Assembly (NCBI GenBank): GCA_964252035.1
Contig: OZ176205.1
Reading direction: 5' to 3' (one strand)
Source of the DNA: Podarcis erhardii
Lineage: Eukaryota
DNA length: 64,000 nucleotides
Below, in pieces: positions 47,508 through 59,214 of this stretch. The notes beneath the pieces are model-generated. The model was given only the letters and a program-made list of their open reading frames with translations. It searched no databases and was not told where the DNA came from. The position numbers were made by a program, and so were the translations under genes. Every line of letters starts with the position of its first letter. The stretch's first letter is position 1.

Positions 47508-47984
47508 CAAGAACTAACTTAGTTGGTCTTTAAGGTGCTACTGGGAAGGAATTTTTTTATTTTGTTTTGACTATGGCAGACCAACACGGCTACCTATCTG
47601 TAACTGGAACTTTGTGATAAGTGAGGCTGAGATATAGCAACCCACCCAAGGACACAGTGTGAGCTTCATGTATGAATGAGGATTTGAACCCAAGTCTCCC
47701 TCATCCTCATCCAACCCTCGTAATTGCTGCACCAGCACTCAGTTCATTGTTTCCCATCATAGGACACCAATGTTGTAAAGAGCAACCTGAAGCCTGCCAG
47801 AGTGCAGTTTCAGTGTCTCCAACCAGAGCTCGGTTGTGCACATTTTGCTCATTCGGTCCAAACACTATATGGAATAAAGGAGAAGGAAGCATGAGCTACA
47901 GCTGCCCTCTTGGTTGTGTCAAAATTAAGTCCTCCATAGACCTCAGGGTGGTTAACAACATAAAAAAAGAACAAAACATATAAT

Positions 47985-48292
47985 AAAAAGAACAAAAGCA
48001 AACCAATAATCCCACAACATATTCAAAAGGGTATTGGATGTCAGTTAGCCCAAGGCCTGGTTAAAAAAGGAACGTTTTTGCCTGGTGTCTAAAGGTGTGT
48101 AATGAAGGCACCAGGCGAATCTCTCTGAGAAGAGCATTCCAGAGATGGGGAGCCACTGCAGAGAAGGCCCATTCTCATGTTGCCATCCTCCGGACCTCTC
48201 GTGGAGGAGGCACACAAAGAAGGGCCTCAGATGGTGATTGCAGGGTCTGAGTGGGTTTATATGGAGACAGGCAGTCCTTGTAGTCCTGCGCC
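47985..48292 (-). mobile_element. L2-type LINE 3' end
   Basis: AAGGCCTGGTTAAAAAAGGAACGTTTTTGCCTGG...AGAGCATTCCAGAGATGGGGAGCCACTGCAGAGAAGGCCC is typical antisense squamate L2 3' sequence. Confidence 0.6.
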
Positions 48293-49099
48293 ACATCCCT
48301 ACCTGATTCTGATTCTGTTTCTTCTATCATCAGTTTAGGTGATGATTGTTTAGCTGGTGCCATCTGAACCATACTGAACCCACAAGCTGTTTTTGTGTCT
48401 TCCTGCAAGCCACATTTCAGTCAAGATTTGATTTTAAAGGTGTTTTGACACTGAGAGATTTTGGATTTAATATCTTTTGCTGTGTTGCCCGTACACCACT
48501 GCTTTGGTGGATTTCTTGTGGCTTTGTGGTGCCCAACTATCTGTGAAGGGATTGTAGTGTGTGTTGGGGGGCACTCTGCAGTGGCTGAACCAGTGATAGG
48601 GGAATAGGATAGTTCTTGTGAATACAGAAGTCGGCCATTCCTGATCCATAGGGCCCCCTTTCAGATCTAATGATAGTAAAGCATTAAGACACACAGCAGA
48701 ATTAGATTACATAGCCGTTCTATGATAGCATTGCCCGCGTGAACTGTTTAAAATAGCATGCTTTGATGTTAATGCCTAGTAATGAGTTTAGGGATTTTAC
48801 AAAGGGGGGGGGGGGAGAATGAACCATCTCAAGCCATCCGAGCCTTGTCCAAATCCCATAATTTCTGTGTACTTATCCATAAAATGATGTAGAGTCCTAT
48901 TAACATATAATCACTTGTGTAAATGATGCATAGTAACTAGCTCGCTGTAGCTGCATCCAGGGAGCGTTCTGCAGAATCCATTGTTAAAGCTTTTAACCTG
49001 GTCTGGGTCACTTCAAGCTGCAGGTGTAGCTCACAAAGCAATGCTATGTATGCCTACTTGGATGTAAGCCTCATGGAGTTGGTCCCACATGAGTGTATA

Positions 49100-49437
49100 C
49101 AGTGGTGCCTCGCAAGACGAAATTAATCCGTTCCGTGAGGCTCTTCGTATAGCGGTTTTTTCGTCTTGCGAAGCAAGCCCATTGACAGCTTAGCGGATTA
49201 GCGCTATTAGCGGTTTAGCGGCTTTTAGCGGATCAGCTGATAAGCGGCTTATCAGCGGATCAGCTGATAAGCGGCTTAGGGCTTAGGAAAAGGGGGGGGA
49301 GGGAAAAAACCCCGCAGGAACTCGCAAGACATTTTCGTCTTGCGAAGCAAGCCCATAGGGAAATTCGTTTTGCGAAGCGCCTCCATAACGGAAAACCCTT
49401 TCGTCTAGCGGGTTTTCCGTCTTGCGGGGCACCACTG
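49100..49437 (-). mobile_element. Tc1/mariner-type MITE, copy 2 (opposite orientation to copy 1)
   Basis: TA TSD and the same TIRs. Internal sequence is the reverse complement of 32953-33279 apart from two small indels and a few substitutions. Confidence 0.92.
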
Positions 49438-50088
49438 TATAGGATTGCAGCCTCAGCTGATGCATTGTACATGCTTCCATCAAATTTATCAGTTAAAATT
49501 TGACAGAATAAGTGTACTTTCTTGTTTTGTTTTTACATAATGCAGGCGTAGCAGATACTTTTTTAGAGGTTTTTCCTCATATAAGAGAGTTTTTTAAATC
49601 AATATTTCCAGTTACAAACAATTCTTTTGAGTGGATTAAGGCTTCGGTCCTATAAGCACTTGCCTGGGAACAAGTTTCATTGAACTCAATGGGGCTTCTT
49701 TCTGAGAAGGCAAGCATAAGATTGCACTGTAACAATTCAATCTGAGCAATCCAGTGATTTAAACATTGCAGCCCTAGTCACATACAAATCACATGCATCA
49801 AATTTTGCGTGCATCATCTCATCTTTGCAGCAAGCTCTTGTTCAACCAAAAATACATGCTATTTCTGGTCAGGATTCCCCCAATGAGATTGTCACCCTGT
49901 TGTGATCCTCTGCTCCTTGCCCATTAATCCCAGAACAATCCCATTGCTCCTAAAGCCTGACATGTGGGAACAAACCAGCAACTATCATTTCCAGCCTTTA
50001 AAAAAATAAGATCAACTGAGCACCTACTGAACTTTAAACGGAAGTAGTATACCATAATACTAATTTCTCTTTTTTGCCTCCCATCCAG

Positions 50089-50295
50089 AAAGTGCAAGTT
50101 GTGATTACTGTGCTGGATTATGACAAGCTGGGGAAGAACGAAGCCATTGGCAAAGTATTTGTCGGCAACAAATCCACTGGCACGGAGCTAAGGCACTGGT
50201 CTGACATGCTGGCCAACCCACGCCGTCCCATTGCCCAGTGGCATTCCCTGAAGCCTGAAGAGGAGGTGGATGCAGCTCTTGGGAAAAACAAATAG
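50089..50295 (+). CDS. SYT2: Synaptotagmin-2 last coding exon (C2B end, stop)
   Basis: [74 protein letters not shown] and the C-terminal LGKNK are SYT2-type. Total CDS 1296 nt = 431 aa + stop. Confidence 0.97.
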   Translation, partial: KVQVVITVLDYDKLGKNEAIGKVFVGNKSTGTELRHWSDMLANPRRPIAQWHSLKPEEEVDAALGKNK

Positions 50296-51413
50296 GCAGC
50301 TCCATACCCCAGCATCACCTTCTGAACATTCAAAGTGATCCAGAGCTATCAATACCTCAGTTAGGCAACGTTTGGTTTCTGTTCCGTTCTGTTTTCTAAG
50401 CTGCAATACCCCTTCTTTGATGGCTGTAGAGGGATTCTGGATGAACTCGAGAGCATCCAGAGGGGAGAAGGTTTAAAGACACAGCTGTTCCTTTCGCATT
50501 CTTCAAAGTAGTTTTGTCTGCTGCATGTTCCATCGTCTCTCTGTGTCGTTCTCTTCGAGCGCAAAGCAAGCTTCGTTCTTGGGTTTCTCCCCAAGACCAC
50601 CATGAATAGCAGCACAAAGCAAGCTTTGCTTTTACTCGCTTTGGGATCTTCTTCCTTAAATTGGACCTTTGAAAACCGTGCTTGGATGATACCAGAGCCT
50701 GACAATGTGAGTTGACCAGATACACTGTGCTTGCTTTGGAAGACAGCAAGGTGCACGAAGTGGTGCTCTTGGGAACCATACGAGCATCTTCACACTTCGA
50801 GATTGGTGGCCTTCAGCCATTGGCCACCTAGCAGAGAGGACAAGGAGCAACTCTGGCACTGGAACATCCCTGATTATGTGGATAGCTGGTGGCTTAAGTC
50901 TCTTTGGTGAGGGGAGTGTGGTTTTGAGCATACAAATTACCTAATACTAATTGCCCTGTATTATCTAGGTAATGCAGTGGGTCTTCTGCTCCCTTATAGT
51001 TTTCAGTTCTTGAGTAGAACAGTGGAGTGGCACTAGGAGGTTATTGGAGTGCAATAACTGCACTTGCGAGTTGCCACTCTTCTGTCTTAAGTGCAGGGCA
51101 GAGCATAAAACACACTTTGTTTTTGAAGGACAGCACCACGGGATATTTATGCCAGTAGCCTTACCATGTGGAAATTAGAAGGCCCAGCCCTGCAGGTAAG
51201 TCAACTTCTAGATAGCGGTGTTAAACTGGGTGCATAGTGGAAAACGGTAGCAAGAACCTCAATGCAGCTTTGAGACCTGAAGAAAACGGCAGCCCTGGGT
51301 TGGTTTGCATACAGTTCTCATCCTGCCTTGCACTGCCATCTCTCTTTTGTGGACACAGCAACCTAAATCTGAAGAGATGTAGAGATATTTAGCTGGAAGC
51401 TTAATTTGCGTCC

Positions 51414-51582
51414 ATATGTCAGTGGTAAGGCACGTGCATTGTATGCAAAAAGATCCCAGGTTCCACCCATTGTGCCCTCAAGTATCACTGGGAATGTCCT
51501 CTGTCTGGAGAGCCGCTGCCCATCCGAGTAGACAGCACTGGGATAGGTGGCCTGACTCAGTATAAGACAGTTTCCTACATTC
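51414..51582 (+). mobile_element. tRNA-derived squamate SINE remnant in the probable 3'UTR
   Basis: TCAGTGGTAAGGCAC..TTGTATGCAAAAAGATCCCAGGTTC head and CTGGAGAGCCGCTGCC...GTAGACAGCACTG...CTGACTCAGTATAAGACAGTTTCCTA body. Confidence 0.65.
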
Positions 51583-54500
51583 CTAACATCTTAAGGATTT
51601 TTTTCAGCCAAAGGCGTATGGGAAGTACCTGTGTTTTTTCTAATGCTCTGATGATCTGATAGATGGGAAGAGCAGGGAGGACAAGCAGATTTGCCCAAAG
51701 GCCTACAGAATGCTGTATTGATCTTAGATTAATTTATCTAATTTCTCAATTAGGAGAGTTGAATCAGCTTTCGGCTGGGAGCCTTCTCCCCCACCCCCCA
51801 CCCCCCAACCCCGCATCGTCGCTCTTGGCTAGTAGAGGGAGCATTGTGCATGTTCGAGTTTAGAGGGAAAGCGAATCCATTCCAACCTAAGGACCAAAGA
51901 TGCACCAAAGGCAGCAGCATCTCCTATTCTATATAATATTGTCCGGCTGCCAAAAACATTTATGGTTTCTTTGCTGATCCCAGAGGGATAAGCCATATTA
52001 TCTTTGCTACCTAGTGTTTGCACTGATCCCTGAAGGGCCTGCCTGTTTCATTTGTTGCACCAGATACCAATGTCTTGGACGTATTGACTCCCTGTTCAGG
52101 TTGTTGGAGCAGGAAGGATGTAGACACTGGCACCACTCGCAGCAGTGAATGTGGGCCTGATGCTTTTATGTTTGCCTTGGTTGTGTTCCATTTAGTCACC
52201 ATGGTGGTCCTTGGACCTTTTGGTGCTGATAGGGGGAAAACAGATTCTAGCCACGAAGGTGGTTGAGCAAGGCTCAGGCTTTATACAAGTTGCAGATTCA
52301 GGGAGCAAAAGGCCTCAAAAAACTGTCCTGTGAGGGCAAAATATTTAGCCAAGGAAGATCTCTTGTACAAGCTTCTTCATTGGCTTAGCTTGGACCGAAT
52401 CAGTCCTGCTTACCATGATCATTTTAATATTTTGGCTGCACAGCCAAATAGCGACTTATACTTTTGTGTTTGTAGGAATAGACAGAGAGAGAGAGAGAGC
52501 ACTGGTGGAGTTCTGAGCATGCAGAATAAGGCAGTCCTTGTGCTTCAGCAGCCTCTGTGGCAATAATGTCTCCCTTCCTATTCTGGCCACCAAGGCAAGA
52601 CTTAAGTACCAATATTGGCTTTAAGGTTCTCAGCTGCCTGTCAGCCACCTGTAAGGAATTCTGAGCTTGAAAGAACAGTTTGGCTAATGCAGACAAAGCA
52701 TAGGGTTCTTGGGTGTTGTATGCTGACCTCCCATGGGTTGTAGGGTTCTTTGAATTCTTCATTTCTCAGCTAGCTAGGGTTAGGCCTCAGGTCTAGCTGG
52801 GCGGCAATAGCCGTCTCTCTGTTTTGTGCCATTCCAGCCCACAGATGAGAACTGAATGTTCCTCCATATACAAAAACGAAACAAGAATCCTGCCGTGTAG
52901 AAAACTAGCATGACAGAAGGCATCTCCTTTGTTGGTTTGTTTGTACGGAGGAGCATTCCATTGTGTGATCTTCCCCTTTCAATCTCAAATGGTACAGCCC
53001 AGAAACTAGCCCTTAGAAATTGGTTGTTCTTGCCCAAATGGGTCATTGCAAGCAGAGTAATCCCAGGATCATTCATGTACAGACAGAATTAAACCACTTT
53101 GGTTGTAGGGGTGAGTAAATACCTTGATGTTAATGCACTTTGGGCCTTGGCTCTGCTTCTTTTTCCTTCCTCACCAACTTTACTACAGAGATGGAAAGGG
53201 AGAGCCATCACCAGCTGCTTAAAAATGCTCTAGAAATATGAAGAAAAGAAATGGGAGGGACTCTTTAAAGGTCTTCAGCATGCTTCCCTGCAAGTTTCCT
53301 TCTTGGATTAATCAAACCTAAAAAGCTACAATTGCAGCCCTGTCCACTCTGCACATTGCTACCATGGTATCACCACCTGTGGGTTGTGCTCCTAAGCCCC
53401 ATGAAGTGAGACCTGGGTTTATTTATTAATCAGACCTGCAGGACCATATGCAATAGTGCCTATGCTTAATCAGAAAAAAATAAATCACTGCAGCATCTCT
53501 GAAAAGATAGCTTTGGTACTGGTTTGTTCTTTTTTTAAAAAAACAAAAACAAATATGTCCATCCCCACTAAAGGGTACATTAAATTTGTTCCCGATTAAG
53601 GGTAGATAAAATCTGTGCCTCTCTTAGCTTTTAATGCTGCCACTGGCAAAGATAGGGTTTTAAGGCATCCTTGCAGAAGGATGTCCTTGTGGAGTTCTGA
53701 ATCTGTCCATGAGATTCTTCTTCTTAACCTAGACATGGCACCATCCCTAATCAGATGCCATCGCAACAGCACCACTGTAGTGCCAGGAAGTCCCAATAGC
53801 AGAGGGAAGGATCACATGTTTCTGTCCACAAAGATCAAAAGGTGCCTTTGCAGGTTGTAAGCATGATGGAATAATGAGCTCTTCATCCCGCAGAGATTCT
53901 CATGAGGTTCTGCAATGTCCTGCTTTCTTAAATAGTGGGTGAGCACTGGAATCTATGGGTGCGTGCGCATTTGTGCCAGTGTGCCAGTCTTTGTGTACAG
54001 TTCCTAGTCACTGCAGGCATCTATACATTTGGATAATGGCTGCCAAACCAATTTGTATTATTTTGTTACAGTGAATTACAGTGCTGATTATCTTCCCAGG
54101 TTATGCTTCTTTTGCCTCCTCTTACCTACAGCTGTAGAACCTGATGCCAGTTCTCTCCCAGATCCACCATCGTTTGGTGGGATTACTTTGCTTTGATCTG
54201 CAAAATACTAACATTTATAACTGTTTCTAGTGCAGAAGCCGTGTTAAGTCTGTTGCAAGGAGTGCAGCAAAGAGTCGTGTTTCACCTTTAAAGCCCAATA
54301 CATTTATTATGGTGCAAACAAATATATACCATAATATAAATTTTGTTGATTTGCAACTGTGTGATGTATTATGTAAAGCTTACAAACGTCACTTCCTTCC
54401 CTGGATTGGCAATTCATGCTTCTAAGCAGTGTCACTTGAGGCTTACCGGTTCTTAATTCACACTAAAGAAAGGGGGGGGGGTAGCAGAATCTATGTGGCA

Positions 54501-55577
54501 CTCCAAATTGCCTCATTGACAATCATGCAATGGCTGCAAAATTCATAAGGTTGGATAGAGAGCTGCCTTTTTGTGAATGGAAAGGACTGGAATCCAGCAG
54601 AGGCTCTTGCTGAAAGGAACTGGGGCAACTTTCACCATTCCCCATCTTCCATGTCCTCTGGAAGAGCTTTTCAGGATGAAGTCATCCTGGCCTCCTGGAA
54701 TTCTGCTTGTGGGAAGTCTGGATCCAGCTCATAGCTTAAATTTACCTTGAGTTAGCATTTATATTGCCAATTCACATGTGGCTATAAAGGTGATGTCTAC
54801 GTAAACAGATGGCAGTAAGATACAAAGTAATCTATAGCCTCATAATAAGATACTGTGCATGTGGATGCATATATCTATTGATATTTCAAGAGGCATGTAG
54901 ACAGTTTGTGAGGGCTCAGGTGAGCATTGCATTGAAGATGCCTCCATATCAATAGTGGTTATGGGCATAGATTAATCTTGCTGAATTAGAACAAATATGT
55001 TTGAAGAATTTGAATTTTTGCAAGCAAAAAGGATCAGACTGCACTGCAAAATGGCAACATTGCCACACAAACCCAGTTCTGTTACTCTTCTCCTGCTGAT
55101 AAACGATCCAGGGTGTCCTCTTTGAAACCAATGATGTGGAAATAATAGCACTAAGAACCAGGTCGGAACACACAGCCATTAATGAATGGTGTCTCCAACT
55201 TCTACAGTTTAAAATGGGGGAGCTGTAACTTTAATACACAATATAAATGTATTTTGGTTTTAATTTCTTTTTCTATAAAGGGGGAGAAAAAGTGAACCAA
55301 CTCAAGCCATCTGAGCCTCATCCTAATCCCATCATTTGTGTGTACTTATATATAAAATGATATAGAGATCTATTAACATAAACGAAACCCTCTTGTAAGC
55401 AATGCATGATGCCTAGCCAGTATGTAAGTAGCAGCAGCATGCAACGAGCAGAACCCATAGACCATGTGTGTCATTGCCCATTTTCTAGAATACAGTCAGG
55501 CTACAGAGTTATTTTTAAAATGTGGTGTGAATGAATTTATTTTACCTAATAAGATGGGGGGAGGGGACTGTAAAAAA

Positions 55578-55648
55578 AATAAATAAGAGAGAGTGGTTGT
55601 AACAATGTAAGTTTATTTTCAATAAAAAGTAATAATTTTTTAAATAAA
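55578..55648 (+). terminator. Cluster of + strand poly(A) signals
   Basis: AATAAA at 55578-55583, 55621-55626 and 55643-55648. Confidence 0.55.
55612..55617 (-). terminator. Candidate minus-strand poly(A) signal
   Basis: TTTATT on + (AATAAA on -), followed on the minus strand by a U-rich tract (reverse complement of 55571-55590). Confidence 0.35.
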
Positions 55649-58090
55649 AAAGCAACAAAGCATGCCTGATCCATTAAAAAAAATATTCATAGAAGCGTTG
55701 TATGGGGTGGGGTGGGGGATACAACACCAACAATATGGCAGTGGATTTCATCAGTGTGTTGTAATCTATATTTACAAAACTGTAACTTGTTGCATTTTTA
55801 CCATGTCCTAGTAGCAGCAACATTGCCGCTTCCATGTTCTGTGTCGTGCTGAAGCATTTCACTGTTGAAGCAAATTTAGAAGCCATATTAGATCACAGGC
55901 TGCCAGGATCCTGAAACTGGGATTGGCTGACAGGTGATCCCCAGTCTCTCCTCTCCCTCGCTAATGTTTCCCCGCCTCTGTCTTTGTCTATCGTGCTGTC
56001 CATGTCTTACGTTATTCCTGGGGACGTTTGTGCATGACAGAGACCCAACTTGGAGGCTGTGGCTTCACTTTGGGTTGGAGCTCTGAAGGAAAGCCATCAA
56101 GTATGGGCCTTTCGACACTGGCTGCGAATAACATCGTTCTGACGTTCTTTCTTGGTCAACAGTCAGGATTAGCTTCAGCATTTGAGGCAGCCATTCAGGG
56201 ATCAAAACACCCTGGCAGATCACATCAGTGCTGGTGTCTCTATTAACCCTCTTGTCCACCCATCTTCCCCAGCTGAAGGCTTATCCGGTGGCAGTGGATG
56301 GATCTGGGAAGACCACTGTTAATACTTTCCCATGATGCCCTGGAACACCCAACATAGCATTATGGGAAATTTCAATGGTTCTTAGCCACCTCAACTGCTA
56401 CCAGATAAGCCAACAATTTTTCTTAAAAACCACAACTGGAGTTTTTAAAACCACAATTGGAGCAGTGGGCAGACATGGGGAAGGTCTATAGTTCCTGTAT
56501 CAGCATGATGTGTTCATCTAGAGCAGGAGCACCTTCTGGGTGTTTTCAGACTCCCAACTCCATCAGTCTCAGCCACCTTGAGCTGTAGTCCAGTAATGGC
56601 TGGATGACACCATGCCCAGAGGAAGTTTTGGGTAGTGGATGGGAAGGATTCAAAGGGAGTAGTGCTCACCTTGGGGAGGAGAATAGGAAGTGGGATAGTC
56701 TATTTCAAGCTAGGCCAGACAGCGACCCTGTTTAGGCAAAACTCTCACATCTTCTTTGAATGCATGTTTAGCAGAACAGGAAGGGGCACACCTGCATTGG
56801 CTGTGAACCCCCAACATGCAGTTAAAAGTCTGAACATGGCCCATTGATACATGGCAGGGCTTCACAGGAATCTTATCTGGTCAAGCATTTCCCATTGTGC
56901 GTTCACTGCCAGTGAGGTTTTGTCTGAACAAGGGGCTGTCTGTGGGGAAAAAGGAAAATGGTGGCATCCTCAAGCGATGAGATTGCTGGGGCCCTTTAGG
57001 CTACTTCTGTAACACCCAGTTCTGAAAGGAATTATAGGACTATTTTTTGAAAAAGCCTCTGTTCCAAGCGATTGTTGATCCAAGTTTTCTGGCCATAGCA
57101 CCACTCCACGAGGCGTGTGTTGTCAATGAGCTTGGCAAAAAACAACAACATAGTGCGAACTGGGCTTTATCTCAGCTTATCAACAGCACTATAAAACTGC
57201 AGGATGACATCAAAAAAGCGGCAGGTAGCACGAACGTTATGAATGGATGGAGTACAGATTTGGACATGATGACCCAGGTCACAGCAGGCTGGCTGCTAAA
57301 ATCTGCTCCTATCCTTCATGCAGGTGTATAGCGCAATGTGGCAAAGTGGGATTGTTAAAGGCAGCACTTCAAGGAACAGTTTGAAAAGTTGGCACGTCCA
57401 TTTGAGGGGTGGCAGATATACAGACCATAAACTCAAGAGGTGGCCTAGGTGATACACACCCACACATCCAAAAAAGGCTAGAGAAAGGCTTCAAACCTTT
57501 GATATTCTGAGGCAAGGCTTTTGCTTCCTTTGCCTCCTCTTCCAGCCAGGCCCTCTGTCACATACAAACGTCCTGAACCAACTCATTTCTTGGCCCCACT
57601 TCATTCCCACCATTTCTGGTGCAGCCTGAGCTCTGCAGCACTGACCTCCAACCCCCACCCCCAACCCTCTCTGCAGGAAGCTGCTTTTAATGCTCCCTTT
57701 CCTGTCCTCATGTGGACCATTTCTGTCTCTATTGTTAAATTGTTATTTTGTAATGATATGTGTCTCCTTATTAAAGAAACTAGCTGAAAGACCCAGCCGT
57801 TCTCTGTTTTCCTGTTATTTACATAAGTGCATTTTTCTTAATAGGAATACTTATTGGATCTCAGAATTAAGAGAGACTCAGCTGGAGGACAAAGTCCCTT
57901 TATAGAAGAGGGAATTTTGGCAGAGATCCCATGTTCAAAAGAAATCAGTGGATAGTGAAGGGAGAACCGTCCCTGTTTGCATTTTCAAAACAACTTACAC
58001 AGTAGAAACATCCAACAGGCAAATCAGTGATTTAAGTGTCAGGCGTCATACCTTTCTCATGGAGTCATCTCATATATTACATCCAGTGTT

Positions 58091-58430
58091 GTCGTCTTCT
58101 TCTTTGGCAATCACTTGTAGCTGAAGAAGATTGTCTTCCATGAATATGGTCTTAACAGTGTGTCCATAGACGACTGTGGAGGCCAATTTTGGATCTGCAC
58201 ATCTTTCCACAGTGGGGACATAGGTTACCGGGTAGGAGTTGATAGCGGTGAGGATTTGCCAAACATGCCTTCCTCTTAGCTCGTTTCTCCCTTTCATCCC
58301 AAGTTCGTGCTTCAAAATCCTTGATGCCTTTGGTCAAGGCTGCTCTCCAATTGCAGCGCTCGTAGGGAGTCATTCCATCTATTACATCCACTGTTATAGA
58401 ATTCTGCACTGTACCAATGCAGACTGCAGG
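58091..58430 (-). mobile_element. RTE-clade LINE 3' end
   Basis: ORF 58152..58409 contains WRAALTKGIKDFE...LCPHCGKMCRSKIGLHS, the RTE C-terminal Zn-finger-like motif. Confidence 0.8.
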
Positions 58431-58766
58431 GGAGATCCTATTAATGCTCTTCCCATATTAGCATTTTTTGAAAAGGCCATGGAGCAAACTACCAGGGAAA
58501 AAGGACTGACCTTTGCTCAGTGGCTAATTTGCTATATGCAGGCAGCTTTTAATTGTTATGGGGAGGGGGGGTGGTGGGGGGGGCACTGAATACTTCATTA
58601 ATCTAATGACAAAATAGTTTCAAAATAATTGAAAATCCTCACAACAGGGCATAAAATGTAGCTTCTGTTCTATTCATTTCTAAAAAGTATGTGTTGGCAA
58701 ACATTCAACTCAAGCAAAGGCTTTCCACTTTTTAGTCAATTTCAACTCCTATGTATGGAAGGCATA

Positions 58767-58825
58767 GGTAAAGGTAAAGGGACCCCTGACCATTAGGTCC
58801 AGTCATGGCCCACTCTGGGGTTGCG
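58767..58825 (-). mobile_element. Sauria SINE 3' fragment
   Basis: GGTAAAGGTAAAGGGACCCCTGACCATTAGGTCCAGTC...CTCTGGGGTTGCG is the reverse complement of the 3' end of 25108-25468. Confidence 0.85.
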
Positions 58826-59208
58826 AAGTTAGCCATTAGATATAAAAACGTGGCATACTGCCATTGTTTCAGTGACATGTCTCTTTATCACAGTTCAACA
58901 GCCCCTTCATATTGTCCTGGTCCATATTTCCAATGGCAAGGAAATGTAGCAAATGCTAAGTTAAGGGGGATGATAGGATCTACATCACTTGGATCCTCAT
59001 GCAGTTTCATTGAGACTTTCATGTGTTGCTATTATTTTCGGCCACTGCATCAAGTTTCCCATCTGACTAAGACAAATGTAACCTTAGTTCAAAGTAGAGC
59101 AAACATTCATGAGGAGATGGGGAAACTTCTACTTCCCCCAGTGACTCACCAAAGCATCCTGAGACCATGCTCTCACTATTAAGATAGACTCAGGCTGTGT
59201 TAAAGCAC

Positions 59209-59214
59209 TTTATT
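59209..59214 (-). terminator. Candidate minus-strand poly(A) signal
   Basis: TTTATT in a context (CTGTGTTAAAGCACTTTATTCATTTATAAATAC) that looks like an antisense mRNA 3' end. Confidence 0.3.

Larger units (their letters stand above)
47199..47608 (+). mobile_element. Penelope-derived element with inverted 5' copy (second family), nested in a SINE
   Basis: Arms 47197-47375 and 47388-47566 are reverse complements (2 mismatches). A hammerhead motif lies in each arm. 12-bp TSD ACTTTGTGATAA at 47187-47198 and 47609-47620. The flanks rejoin into a MIR-like SINE. Confidence 0.85.
50296..55650 (+). other. SYT2: Probable long SYT2 3'UTR
   Basis: Largely repeat-poor sequence ending in an AT-rich block with clustered AATAAA. 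Mammalian SYT2 has a multi-kb 3'UTR. The end point is inferred. Confidence 0.5.

Noticed and set aside
33602-50295. Calling the gene SYT1 or SYT5
   Set aside because: The N-terminus (ESQED..NEINKIP), [14 protein letters not shown] and the terminal LGKNK are SYT2-type.
51129-51150. Partial RE1-like CAGCACCACGG in the 3'UTR
   Set aside because: The right half-site GACAGCGCC is absent.
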